Below the pieces are notes generated by a model. It worked only from the letters and a program-made list of their open reading frames with translations. It ran no database searches and was not told the origin of the DNA. Made by a program: the position numbers and the translations under genes. DNA of 64,000 bases from Macrostomum lignano (taxonomy: Eukaryota). Of this stretch, positions 27,606-40,127 are shown in pieces (within the stretch, counting starts at the first letter, position 1; each line of letters begins with the position of its first letter). The stretch is from the NCBI GenBank assembly GCA_002269645.1, contig NIVC01001145.1, positions 186,001 to 250,000 on the forward strand. Direction: 5' to 3'.

Positions 27606-29016
27606 TAGTGTTCTGCCGTAGCCATAGCTATGGCTATGGGATCCTATGGCAATTATGGTAAAATAGGTACCTATGGGCTATGGTAGCCCATAGTCAGGAA
27701 GGTGGCAAGTGCAGGCGGGAATCAATTTATGGAAAAATCCTTGGTGCACGCCAATGTATACCAATTTTTTAAAACCCTTAACATGACGTTTCTGTTGCAT
27801 GCCAAAAATCTTAAATACAAAAAATCATGTATGCCGAAAATTGTGTATACCAAAATCCTGTATGCCAAAAGTGGTTACACCGTCTGTTTACCCTACAGTA
27901 AATTGTAAAAATTTGAATATTAACCATATTAGAACTATTTTTAAATAAATTTTCTACTTACGTTAAACAAAGTTTATATAGAAAAGGAAATTCGCTACAA
28001 AGAACATAGTAAGTATCAAAAACTTTTTCTTCACATTTCAAGAAACAAATAAACTAAAAGTCTACAAGAGTCACAAAATAAGAGCGTTTAAAAGTTATTG
28101 GATATTTTAATTTTAATGTAGGCTGTAGAGTGTCAGGCCTGGCTGTAGGCTAGGCTGTAATCTTAACTAGTTGGTTTAATCAATATTCAAATTCAATTGT
28201 TCACATTTAACTTTATATATTGTATATATATAGTGTATACATCTATATCTGACTTGTTGATGTACTGTCAGTTTGTAATTGCACGCCAAGGTTACACGCC
28301 AAGTAAAAAACTTGTACGCTGAAAATTTAGGCGTGGCTTGAGACCCCTATTTGCACGCCAACTTTGCACGCCAAAATTTTAGCGTGGCTTATGCACGCGG
28401 GAAAATTCCCGCGTGCAGGCCACCTTCCTGAGTATAGATGGTAGCTACGGATCCGCCTATGATAACTAGCTATTCTTATGGCTACGACTACGAAAATATG
28501 GTAGTTGCTGTCACATTCCATAGATTCCCGTAGCAATAGTTATTAATATTAAAAAATTAAAAAAATATTAGAAACAAGTAGAATAAAACAAAGATTCTTT
28601 TAATAAACTATATTATCAACCTAGAAACTTGTAAAATATATCTAAAAAGTACAATAAAACACTAGCAAACTCTAATTTTAGGCCTTATTAATGTGAAAAA
28701 GTTTATTGTTAGTACTTTTAGTAATGATTAAGTATTATTGCTCTAAAAAAAGACAAAATATAATCTTACAAGGGCAATTGAGTCTTTATTTTATTTTCTA
28801 ACTTAATTTGCAGTTGTTTAAACACTAGGTTATCTTGATTCAAAATATTTTGTTTTTTAGACTTTTTGTTAAAACTATGGCTATAGCTATGGGAACTATG
28901 GGAATATGGTAATTTTGGGGTCCCTATGGCTACGGAATATGAAGAATTGGAATAAGCCATAGTTTTGCTTATGGCTACGGCTATGGTACATGGACCCTCC
29001 TTATGGCGGAACACTA
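27606..29016. mobile_element. Non-autonomous hAT-like DNA transposon
   Basis: Termini TAGTGTTCTGCC / GGCGGAACACTA, with many subterminal CTATGG/GCTACGG motifs. The 8-bp GCCTAATG occurs on both sides (27594-27601 and 29017-29024); the left copy is offset by 4 nt. Confidence 0.65.
27693..28432. mobile_element. TA-flanked MITE nested inside the hAT-like element
   Basis: TIR GTCAGGAAGGTGGC / GCCACCTTCCTGAG (13/14), TA on both flanks, and repeated CACGCCAA subterminal motifs. Confidence 0.72.
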
Positions 29017-29624
29017 GCCTAATGTTAAATAAAGTGATTGAAAATTATGCAAATAACTTTGCTTTGGCCAATATGTTTTTACTGATGTCAAACCAATGTT
29101 AAAACATATAATATAGTCCTAGCCAAACTATATAACAAACTAAGCAAATAGCATGATTCTGCATAATGACTCACTTACCTCTCATTATATACATATGCAA
29201 CCTTAAGACTCACAGTATTGACTATTGGGATCCTAATCTATCCTAGTTTGAAATAATTTCATCATTCATTCTCAAGTAGTAGTATTTGCAACTGAGCTAC
29301 TTGTCAAAATAAAATCATAACCCAAGTGTCCTGCTTTGATTTATTAATCTTTAAAGCATGCAGGCTAGTGAGAAGTCTAAGGCTATAGGGATACAAAACT
29401 GAAGCTATTGGCAGATTGTAAGGAGATTTTAGGTTTAATAATATATATGCAACTGTTTGTATATAGTATTTGTTGCAGACTATAATTATTTTTTGAAAAG
29501 ACTTGAACTTGTGCACAAAGCCTAAAGCAATAGAAGCCAATTCTTTAGTGTTTCCAATCATATTAGATGGCTTTGTAAACCAAAATTATACTAACAAAAA
29601 TTAGAAACTTTTTTAATCCCCAGA

Positions 29625-29825
29625 TCCTACCCTATTTGTCAGGATCCTGGGATTGTCAAAGTCTAGGATATCCCAATCCCAAGAATCCATACCCTATTTG
29701 TCAGGATCCTGGGATTGTCAAAGTCTAGGATATCCCAATCCCAAGAATCCCTGCCCTATTTATCAGGATCCTAGGATTGTCAAAGTCTAGGATATCCCAA
29801 TCCCAAGAATCCCAGGATCGGCAAA
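29625..29825. repeat. 62-bp tandem repeat, about 3 copies
   Basis: CCCTATTT starts at 29630, 29692 and 29754. Confidence 0.92.
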
Positions 29826-30914
29826 AGTCAGGATTTTGTATTCCCTATCCCTGACCCCTTGATTAGCCACTTTATTCAATATTCTATTTGTCATCCAGTA
29901 TGCAGTCTATCTCTATCCCATTCTTTCTATGTACATTTTGTATTTTTATATTACATTTGTTAGAATGCAACAAAAGCCACTTTGCTTTGCAGCTATAATA
30001 AAAAAGCTACTAATATAGTAATATAACAGTTTAGATATAGAATTCTAAATCAACTAATAGAAATTGTTTTTAAACAAAGATTTTTCTAATTTTCAGTTTA
30101 TTGCTATAATATAGATTGCCTTTATATAAAAAAATAATTATTAGATTCATCAACTTAGATTGCTTGCTTGTGATATACTTTAAAAACATAGATAGATTAT
30201 TAAAACAGCTTTTTATAAAATATATATTAACTGCTCAAACATTTTTTAAAATTATTTAAAAAACATTTTTAGTAGATTTTTTATTTTTTATTTAAAATTT
30301 ATTCAGAAAAAAATATTTTTAAATATAGCTTAGATAATCAGATTTATATATAACTCTTATAAGATATCTATAAAGTTTTGCCATAGTTGCAGATACAGCT
30401 ATAATTAAGTTAGAGAATAGCTTAGTGGTTTTTAGCTAAAACCAACTAAGGGGTGTGCAATAAATTTCTCAATGCATAAAGTGGGAATGTGATATACATA
30501 ATTTGGCATTGTAGGTATTATGTAGATTATTTTATAATTATATTTGTGCAATTTCAGACCAATTCACTCTATAAAGCTTTTTCTATATATACAAAAAGCT
30601 AGTGTATCCTCTGACACAGAGAATTCACAATGGCTCAATAAAAAACCTCATTGAGAACAATGATTAATTATGGCTACAAAAGTGGTCTAAGGTGACAAGA
30701 GAGCTTTAGTGTGTAGACTCTTCTAGAAAGTACCTTGAAAAAATCTGATTGTCAATTGCTCCCTATATATTTCAATGTCTATCCCTAAAACTCATTGTAT
30801 ATTCTTTGTATTTCCTATATTTAGTACTATTGGCCAATAAATAACAAAGACTAAAATCATTAAAGCTTTTGATTTCATAAGTGGAAAAGTAGAAATAAAA
30901 TTTGCCATTTTTAA

Positions 30915-31286
30915 AGCTTTTGTATAAGAGCTCTTTTCTTACTTTTGGGAGTGTTGATGTATGCTCAGAGCTTGAAGTTTGGTGATGACTTCCTTGAAAT
31001 TGATGAAGAAGAATTGGCTTGGAGGTTCAAAGCAAGGAATGAGTCTGTTTGTAGATCAGTTCCACCTGAACAATTGATGGAGTTCCATTGCTCTGATGGT
31101 TGGGAACCTCTATGTGAATTTCTGGGAGTTCCTATGCCTGACTGTGTATTTCCCAGGCTCAATGATGAGAAAGAGTTTCATGAATTCTTGGCAAAGATTA
31201 AAATTGCTAATAATTTGTCCAGATACGCTTATGTTGTTGTGGTGGCTGCTGTTGTGATCATTTTTTGGCAGCTATTAATCTATTGA
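30915..31286 (+). CDS. C-terminal part of a Sulfotransfer_4-type (P-loop, 'NAD-dependent epimerase-like' annotation) protein with a hydrophobic tail; orphan last exon or gene fragment
   Basis: RNESVCRSVPPEQLMEFHCSDGWEPLCEFLGVPMPDCVFPRLND matches the family C-terminal signature. Candidate AG acceptors at 30916 and 30928. No N-terminal GxxRTGT exon was found upstream. Confidence 0.72.
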   Translation, partial: SFCIRALFLLLGVLMYAQSLKFGDDFLEIDEEELAWRFKARNESVCRSVPPEQLMEFHCSDGWEPLCEFLGVPMPDCVFPRLNDEKEFHEFLAKIKIANNLSRYAYVVVVAAVVIIFWQLLIY

Positions 31287-32015
31287 TTGATTGATGAATT
31301 AGTTTATTGATTGATGACTTGATTGATTGATGAATTGATTGATGAATTGGTTGATTGGTGGAATAGATTGATTGATTGATGAAATAGTTGGTTGATTGAA
31401 TGGTAATTAGATGGATTGATTGATGCATTGGTGGAATAGATTGATTGATTGATGAAATAGTTGGTTGATTGAATGGTAATTAGATGGATTGATTAATGAA
31501 TTGGTTAATTGAATGATGAATAGATTGATTGATTGATGAAATAGTTGGTTGATTGAATGGTAATTAGATTGATTGATTGATGAATTGGTGGAATAGATTG
31601 ATTGATTGATGAATTGGTTGATTGCATGATGAATAGACTTATTGATTGTTAAATTGGTTGATTGATTGATGAATTGATTGATTTCTTGATGAATTGATTG
31701 ATTGATTGATGAAGTGATTGACTGATTGCATGATGAATAAATTTATTGATTGTTAAATTGGTTGATTTATTGATGCATTGGTTGATTGATTGATGAATAG
31801 ATTTATTGATTGATGAATTGGTCGATTGATTTAATGATTCATAGATTTATTGATTGATTGATTAATTTATGGCTTGTTTGATTTTTTGATTGATGAACTG
31901 CTCTATTGATTGATGGATTAATTAATGGATTGATGTATTGATTAATTAATGGATTGATTGATTGATTAATTGCTTGTTTGATTGATTTCTTGATTGATTG
32001 ATTGATGGATTGATT
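31287..32015. repeat. Degenerate (TTGA)n / ATTGATTGATGAATTG simple repeat
   Basis: Read directly. Confidence 0.9.
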
Positions 32016-32366
32016 GAGTTTTAGCATAAGTTTTTTGTGTCAAAATTAGTCAAAGCTATGATGATATTTGTGAGATGATGCAATTGAAATGGTTTGCTCT
32101 AAGTGCATGCATAAAATTAAAAAGGTAAAGCGAGTTCTTTATATAAAACATATTTTTGTATTTCTTAATATTTGCTTAATAGGCTAGGCTAGTCACTAGT
32201 TTTGCAACAAAAAATTGTTGCTAGTTATCTTTGCCTATGAGTGTTACCAGTACCCCCTCTCAAAGGCAGCTATAATTGTTATATGGCAATTGTAAATGCT
32301 AAATTAATAATAGGGTCTATAGAATAATCTTTCGTACTAATTTATGGTAATTGAAGTCTTCACATT

Positions 32367-35300
32367 ATGGCATTGGAAGTAATTCATAAGAAATTGATCC
32401 AGTGTAAGTAGAAGCAAGTTTATATTATTATTATAATTGCATTTTAATCAATTATTATTGCAAACAATTTTTTTCTTTTTGAATTATTTTTTTCTAGTAT
32501 GTGCGCCCAATGACCTGCCTTCGCCAGGAGAATTACAATCAACTTTTGAAGAATTTGGTGCCGCACTTGACAAGCTCAATGAGATAGAGAATGGTTAGTA
32601 GACCTTGATATAGAAACCTAAAAATAGATAGATTAGAAACTTCGAAGTAATTAAATCTCCTCCATAGAAGTTATCATAAAAATTCTTTTTTCAATTAGAT
32701 GCCGAGGCGGAAAAGTTGTTACTCCCGCCTTTTACCCTCTAAGTGAACACAGTCGAATGCCCTATTGCGGCCAAGAGGAGTGTTTTTGCCGGCTTAAGAA
32801 CTGAGAACATTAGCCTTGGCAACAATATGGGCGGAGTGTTAGTAAAATATCAAAATTTATGATTATATAGGTTCCGCACGATATTCTCTTTTCTACAGGA
32901 ATTGGCCAGCCACTGCTGAACTCGACTGAAACTGATCGTCTTGGCCAGCTGTCCGAACTGCGACAGCATGTAGCCAGTGCCAGCGGTGGCTTCGTTAGAA
33001 GCTGCATTGGATTTGCCAACTTTGGCCTTCAAGGTGTCGGACTGCGTGCTGAGGAGGACGTTAAAGTGAGCGCTGTTCTTGCGTCTGTTGCTGGTTATTT
33101 AGGCTGATGGGACTCTGCCAGCCTCCCAGATCCTCAGTTGCTAAGCCAGCCTCCCAGATCCTCAGTTGCTTAGCCAGCCTCCCAGATCCTCAGTTGCTTG
33201 GCCAGCCTCCCAGATCATCAGTTGCTAAGCCAGCCTCCCAGATCATCAGTTGCTGGGCCAGCCTCCCAGATCATCAGTTGCTGGGCCAGCCTCCCAGATC
33301 ATCAGTTGCTGGGCCAGCCCCCCAGATCCTACGTTGCTAAGCCAGCCTCCCAGATCATCAGTTGCTAAGCCAGCCTCCCAGATCATCAGTTGCTGGGCCA
33401 GCCTCCCAGATCCTCAGTTGCTGGGCAGCCTCCCAGATCCTCAGTTGCTGGGCCATCCTCCCAGATCCCCAGTTGCTGGGCCAGCCTCCCAGATCTCGTA
33501 GGTGAGCTAACACTCTCCCAAATCATCTTTTATCGATCCCTTAGTTCCCACAGCTACAATGTCCTGTCAAATTTGTCAGCCAATAAGCGATCGCCTGTCT
33601 CCCCCCCCCCAGGCTGGCCAGCTGCTACTAAAGGTGCCCCGCAGTCAGATGCTGACTCACACGGATGCACTACTCTGTCCAGCCTGGCGAGCCGTCCACC
33701 TATCCGACGATCCAATGTGCCAGCGAATGCCAAACGCCTGTCTGGCTCTGTACCTGCTGCACCACCTTAGTCTGGGCCCGGCGTCTCCTCATTCAGCCTA
33801 TCTGAAGTGCCTGCCAACAGGCATAGCGCCCGTGTGTTTGAGCTCTACTCCAACTGTTTATCGTCGGCTATCAATTCAACCAACTGTTCGGGAGCGAATA
33901 TTAATCGAATTGCGCAACACTTGCCGGCAATATTTGTACTTTTATCGGTTGTTTAGTCAAATACGATCCACTAGTAGTGATGCCAACTTATTGCCATTGG
34001 CCAAATCTGGTTGCTTCACTTACGCTGCTTATCGTTGGGCGGTTTCCATGGTGATGTCGAGAAATAATGCCGTACCAAAGCCTGGAAACAACGGGGACGG
34101 ATTGTCCAATAATGGAACTGGGACAGAGCTGGCTCTGGTGCCTCTGTGGGATATGGGAAATCATCGATTTGGTCAGGTTGGTGTAACAGCGGCTCATGCT
34201 GTTGGATTAAAGGCCATAGGGCTTGAGTAGTGCCTGCCCTATGATTGGTTAGGTAGGGTAAAGCAGTATACTCAATGACTGGTAGATGAATTGGAGCAAT
34301 CTACTCAATGTTTAGTAGATAAAGTAGAGTAGTCTACTCAATGATAGATAGGCGAGTAGAGCAGTCTACTCAATGATAGATAGGCGAGTAGAGCAGTCTA
34401 CTCAATGATAGATAGGCGAGTAGAGCAATCTACTCAATGATAGATAGGCGAGTAGAGCAGTCTACTCAATGATAGATAGGCGAGTAGAGCAATCTACTCA
34501 ATGATAGATAGGTGAGTAGAGCAGTCTACTCAATGATAGATAGGCGAGTAGAGCAGTCTACTCAATGATAGATAGGCGAGTAGAGCAGTCTACTCAATGA
34601 TAGATAGGTGAGTAGAGCAGTCTACTCAATGATAGATAGGTGAGTAGAGCAGTCTACTCAATGATAGATAGGCGAGTAGAGCAGTCTACTCAATGATAGA
34701 TAGGCGAGTAGAGCAATCTACTCAATGATAGATAGGTGAGTAGAGCAGTCTACTCAATGATAGATAGGCGAGTAGAGCAGTCTACTCAATGATAGATAGG
34801 CGAGTAGAGCAATCTACTCAATGATAGATAGGTGAGTAGAGCAGTCTACTCAATGATAGATAGGTGAGTAGAGCAGTCTACTCAATGATAGATAGGCGAG
34901 TAGAGCAGTCTACTCAATGATAGATAGGCGAGTAGAGCAATCTACTCAATGATAGATAGGCGAGTAGAGCAGTCTACTACGAGCTCATTAAAAATCATTT
35001 TCCCACTAAACTGTCCCAGATGTCAACAGACTACTCTCAGGAGGACAGCTGCCTAGTGTTCTACGCAATGGAAGACGCTCCGGCGGGCAGCCAGCTGTAC
35101 TTCATGTACGGCCGTCGCAGCAACGCCGACTTTTTTCTTTACTCCGGGTTCAGCCTTGAGCCTGGGGAGAATCCCTACGACACTGCCGACCTCAGACTCG
35201 GCCTGAATCCCAAGGATCGGCTGATTGAGGCGAAGACTCGTCAGCTTCAGGCTCTCGATTGGAGAGGTGAAATATTATCATTGTAATACCACGTATGAAT

Positions 35301-37176
35301 TCGAAACGGAACTTGTTTAGAAATCCTATACCTATCGCATACAGAATCCCACACCTATATCATACCAGAATCCCACACTTATATCATACCAGAATCCCAC
35401 ACCTATATTATACCAGAATCCACACCTAAATCATACCAGAATCCCACACTTATATCATACCAGAATCCCACACCTATATTATACCAGAATCCCACACTTA
35501 TATTATACCAGAATCCACACCTAAATCATACCAGAATCCCACACTTATATCATACCAGAATCCCACACCTATATTATACCAGAATCCCACACTTATATCA
35601 TACCAGAATCCCACACTTATATCATACCAGAATCCCACACCTATATTATACCAGAATCCCACACTTATATCATACCAGAATCCCACACTTATATCATACC
35701 AGAATCCCACACCTATATTATACCAGAATCCACACCTAAATCATACCAGAATCCCACACTTATATCATACCAGAATCCCACACCTATATTATACCAGAAT
35801 CCCACACTTATATCATACCAGAATCCCACACTTATATCATACCAGAATCCCACACCTATATTATACCAGAATCCACACCTATATCATACCAGAATCCCAC
35901 ACTTATATCATACCAGAATCCCACACCTAAATCATACCAGAATCCCACACCTATATCATACCAGAATCCCACACCTATATCATACCAGAATCCCACACCT
36001 ACAGTATATCATACCAGAATCCCACACCTATATCATACCAGAATCCACACCTATATCATACCAGAATCACACACCTATCCCATACCAGAATCACATACCT
36101 ATCCCATTCCAGAATCCCATGGAATCCCACACCTATATCATACCAGAATCCCACACTTATATCATACCAGAATCCAACACCTATATTATACCAGAATCCA
36201 ACACCTATATCATACCAGAATCCCACACCTATATCATACCAGAATCCCACACTTATATCATACCAGAATCCAACACCTATATCATACCAGAATCCCACAC
36301 CTAAATCATACCAGAATCCCACACCTATATCATACCAGAATCCCACACCTAAATCATACCAGAATCCCACACCTATATCATACCAGAATCCACACCTATA
36401 TCATACCAGAATCACACACCTATCCCATACCAGAATCACATACCTATCCCATTCCAGAATCCCATGGAATCCCACATCTATATTATACCAGAATCCCACA
36501 CCTATATCATACCAGAATCCCACACCTATATCATACCAGAATCCCACACCTATATCATACCAGAATCCCACACCTATATCATACCAGAATCCCACACCTA
36601 TATCATACCAGAATCCCACACCTATATCATACCAGAATCCCACACCTATATCATACCAGAATCCCACACCTATATCATACCAGAATCCCACACCTATATC
36701 ATACTAGAATCCCATACCTATCCCATACCAGAATCCCATTCCAGAATCCCATACCTATCCCATACTAGAATCCCACACCTACCCTATATAGAAATGCCAC
36801 ACCGGAGATACCAACCCTATCTAATACAGGAATCCCACACCCAATCGCCCACCCCATCCGCAGATCTCAGCTATTCCACCTGCCAGTGTCCGATCCAATC
36901 CAGCCGAGCGTGCTGGCATTCGCTCGCCTAATCTGTGCCCAATCAGACGAAGAAGTATCCATGGCAGTTCACTCCAGTCCAGATTTAAATCGTCGAGCGG
37001 GTCAATTTCTAGTCAACAGGTTTCGCTTATTGGCTGGTTCAGCCGCGGCGGCTGTGTCATCCGATAATGTTCATCCTCTGGACGATGTCGATCGATTTTT
37101 GGCTGGCGAGAAAGCGAAATTCCAACTATTAGTTGCAGCCTATGAACGTTGGACTGAATCTGATCAGGTTAAGTAG
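32367..37176 (+). CDS. SETD3: SETD3-like actin-histidine N-methyltransferase (SET domain plus Rubisco-LSMT substrate-binding domain); about 466 aa
   Basis: Exons 32367-32403, 32498-32593, 32899-33065, 33613-34176, 35020-35266, 36887-37176 are phase-consistent. An alternative last junction near 36864 is possible. Motifs: GLRAEEDVKAGQLLLKVPRSQMLT, RQYLYFY, FTYAAYRWAVSMVMSRNN, LALVPLWDMGNH, QLYFMYGRRSNADFFLYSGF, LAFARLIC. The 3' end is uncertain because of a donor-like cag|gttaag at 37167. Confidence 0.9.
33115..33497. repeat. 28-bp minisatellite CTGGGCCAGCCTCCCAGATCCTCAGTTG in SETD3 intron 3
   Basis: Same unit as the array at 44115-44650. Confidence 0.95.
34270..34978. repeat. 32-bp minisatellite GAGTAGAGCAGTCTACTCAATGATAGATAGGC in SETD3 intron 4
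   Basis: Read directly. Confidence 0.96.
35335..36835. repeat. 24-bp minisatellite ATACCAGAATCCCACACCTATATC filling SETD3 intron 5
   Basis: Read directly. Confidence 0.96.
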
Positions 37177-37429
37177 CTTGTTCACCTGCGTGATCATCAG
37201 TTGACAAGTGTTTTTTTCGTGATTTGTCTGTGACTCTTGAATGTAGATCTCATTCTGTTTTATGTACAGATAATAAAAGAACTAGATGGGCCACTCAGGC
37301 CACTTAGTAAAACAGCTTTCTACTATCAGTTCAGTAGCAAGGAAGTATATATAAGTTATTTAAGTCTGCTGTTTTTTATCCCAGGTCGCTAGTTTTGTTG
37401 TTTTAATGTATGGCTGCCATTCAACTGCC

Positions 37430-37710
37430 AATCCCTTTCCCCTGTCTTTCCCTGCATTTTCTCCCGTATCCTCTCCCTTCACCCTCTCCCCTCTCCCTTT
37501 ACCTATCTCCCTTCACCCTCTCCCTTTACCTATCTCCCTTCACCCTCCCCCCTCTCCCTTTACCTATCTCCCTTCACCCTCTCCCCTCTCCCTTCTCCCC
37601 TCCCTCGCTTACTTCTCCATTCTCCCTTCTCACTCTTCTCTCTGCCCTCTCCCCTCCCCTCTGCTCAATTCCTTACTTTCCCCTTTCTCTGCTTCAACAT
37701 GTCTACTCCC
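37430..37710. repeat. Pyrimidine-rich low-complexity tract with a short ~28-bp repeat
   Basis: CTCTCCCTTTACCTATCTCCCTTCACC recurs. Confidence 0.8.
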
Positions 37711-38524
37711 CTCTATTTTGGCATGCTTAGCACTATCTCTGTACTAAGCATATTTTGCATGCATCTTACGTAAGCTACGATACATATCGGCATACCGACA
37801 ACTGGCAGTAGTTTGAATGGTAATCTCTGATTCTCAGACATCCTATGAGTACAAGTGAATTTTTGTGAAATGAATAACAGCACTGTTGCACAATACCCCA
37901 TCGTTTCCACAACTAAAGTGCTCCTGTCCAGTATTGATTTTGTACCTGGCCGCCCAGATATATTCAAAGATCAAACGGTTTTTTCGCGTGATGTTACTTA
38001 ATTAACCCAGTAAAGTGTTTTTTGCTACAAAGAGTATCATAATTTTTATCAACTTACTAAACTAATCTCCTTGCCATTAATTTGTTTTGCTTTTTAATGA
38101 AACCAAAGTATGAAACAAAAAATTAGCTAATATTTTAATAGAATGCTTATATATAGATGCATTTCGCCGACTAATTTATGTGTGCCTTGCATGCGCCTAT
38201 TGCACTACTACTTTTTGCACGATAGTAGCATGCTCCGAACATGACGCCTGTTTTTATTAAAGGATTACCTAGTTTGTTGTTTTCGAAAATAATATTTGCT
38301 ACCTATCACTCTATAGTACGAGTTTGTGCATATAAATTGTTCACAAACGTAAAAAACTGCAACCTTTAATTTTGCCTTTTCTCCTTCGTTTTTCTTCTTT
38401 GCTGTTCTTGTTTTTTGCTTGTTGCGTTTTAATTATATGGTTAATATGATCTCGAATGGTAACTTTCAGGTTTGTTTGATTTTATTTCTTTAGTTTGATT
38501 TTCACTATCTATTGATATTGATAT

Positions 38525-40060
38525 CTAGGTCAATAAGGCTACTCATAAAGTCTCTGAGGTCATTCCACTCGGGTCATTAATCTACCCACTCAAGTCATTA
38601 GGCTACCAACTCGGGTCATTAAGCTACCCACTCAGGTCATTAGGCTACCAACTCAGGTCATTAAGCTACCCACTCAGGTCATTAGGCTACCAACTCGGGT
38701 CATTAATCTACCCACTCAAGTCATTAGGCTACCAACTCGGGTCATTAAGCTACCCACTCAGGTCATTAGGCTACCAACTCGGGTCATTAAGCTACCCACT
38801 CAGGTCATTAGGCTACCAACTCGGGTCATTAAGCTACCCACTCAGGTCATTAGGCTACCTACTCAGGTTATTAAGCTACCTACTCAGGTTATTAAGCTAA
38901 TCACTCAAGTCATTAGGCTACTCACTCAGGTCATTAGGCTACCAACTCGGGTCATTAAGCTACCCACTCAGGTCATTAGGCTACCAACTCGGGTCATTAA
39001 GCTACCCACTCAGGTCATTAGGCTACCTACTCAGGTCATTAGGCTACCCACTCAAGTCACTAGGCTAATTACTCAGGTCATTAAGCTACCTACTCAGGTT
39101 ATTAAGCTAATCACTCAAGTCATTAGGCTACTCACTCAGGTCATTAGGCTACCAACTCGGGTCATTAAGCTACCCACTCAGGTCATTAGGCTACCAACTC
39201 GGGTCATTAAGCTACCCACTCAGGTCATTAGGCTACCAACTCGGGTCATTAAGCTACCCACTCAGGTCATTAGGCTACCTACTCAGGTCATTAGGCTACC
39301 CACTCAAGTCACTAGGCTAATTACTCAGGTCATTAAGCTACCTACTCAGGTTATTAAGCTAATCACTCAAGTCATTAGGCTACTCACTCAGGTCATTAGG
39401 CTACCAACTCGGGTCATTAAGCTACCCACTCAGGTCATTAGGCTACCAACTCGGGTCATTAAGCTACCCACTCAGGTCATTAGGCTACCAACTCGGGTCA
39501 TTAAGCTACCCACTCAGGTCATTAGGCTACCTACTCAGGTCATTAGGCTACCCACTCAAGTCACTAGGCTAATTACTCAGGTCATTAAGCTACCTACTCA
39601 GGTTATTAAGCTAATCAGTCAAGTCATTAAGCTACCCACTCAGGTCATTAGGCTACCAACTCGGGTCATTAAGCTACCCACTCAGGTCATTAGGCTACCA
39701 ACTCGGGTCATTAAGCTACCCACTCAGGTCATTAGGCTACCAACTCGGGTCATTAAGCTACCCACTCAGGTCATTAGGCTACCAACTCGGGTCATTAAGC
39801 TACCCACTCAGGTCATTAGGCTACCAACTCGGGTCATTAAGCTACCTACTCAGGTCATTAGGCTACCCACTCAAGTCACTAGGCTAATTACTCAGGTCAT
39901 TAAGCTACCTACTCAGGTTATTAAGCTAATCACTCAAGTCATTAGGCTACTCACTCAAGTCATTAAGCTACCCACTCAAGTCATTTGGCTACCTACTCAG
40001 GTCATTAAGCTACTCACTCAAGTCATTAAGCTACCCACTCAGGTCATTAGGCTACCTACT
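38525..40060. repeat. 21-bp minisatellite (CAGGTCATTAGGCTACCAACT / CGGGTCATTAAGCTACCCACT) with higher-order structure
   Basis: Alternating dimer; a variant block recurs at multiples of 21 bp. Confidence 0.96.
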
Positions 40061-40127
40061 CAAATAATTAGGCTACAGACCAAGCCGCCCGATGCCACTA
40101 ACATCTCCAACCCATGCATGCCAAGCA

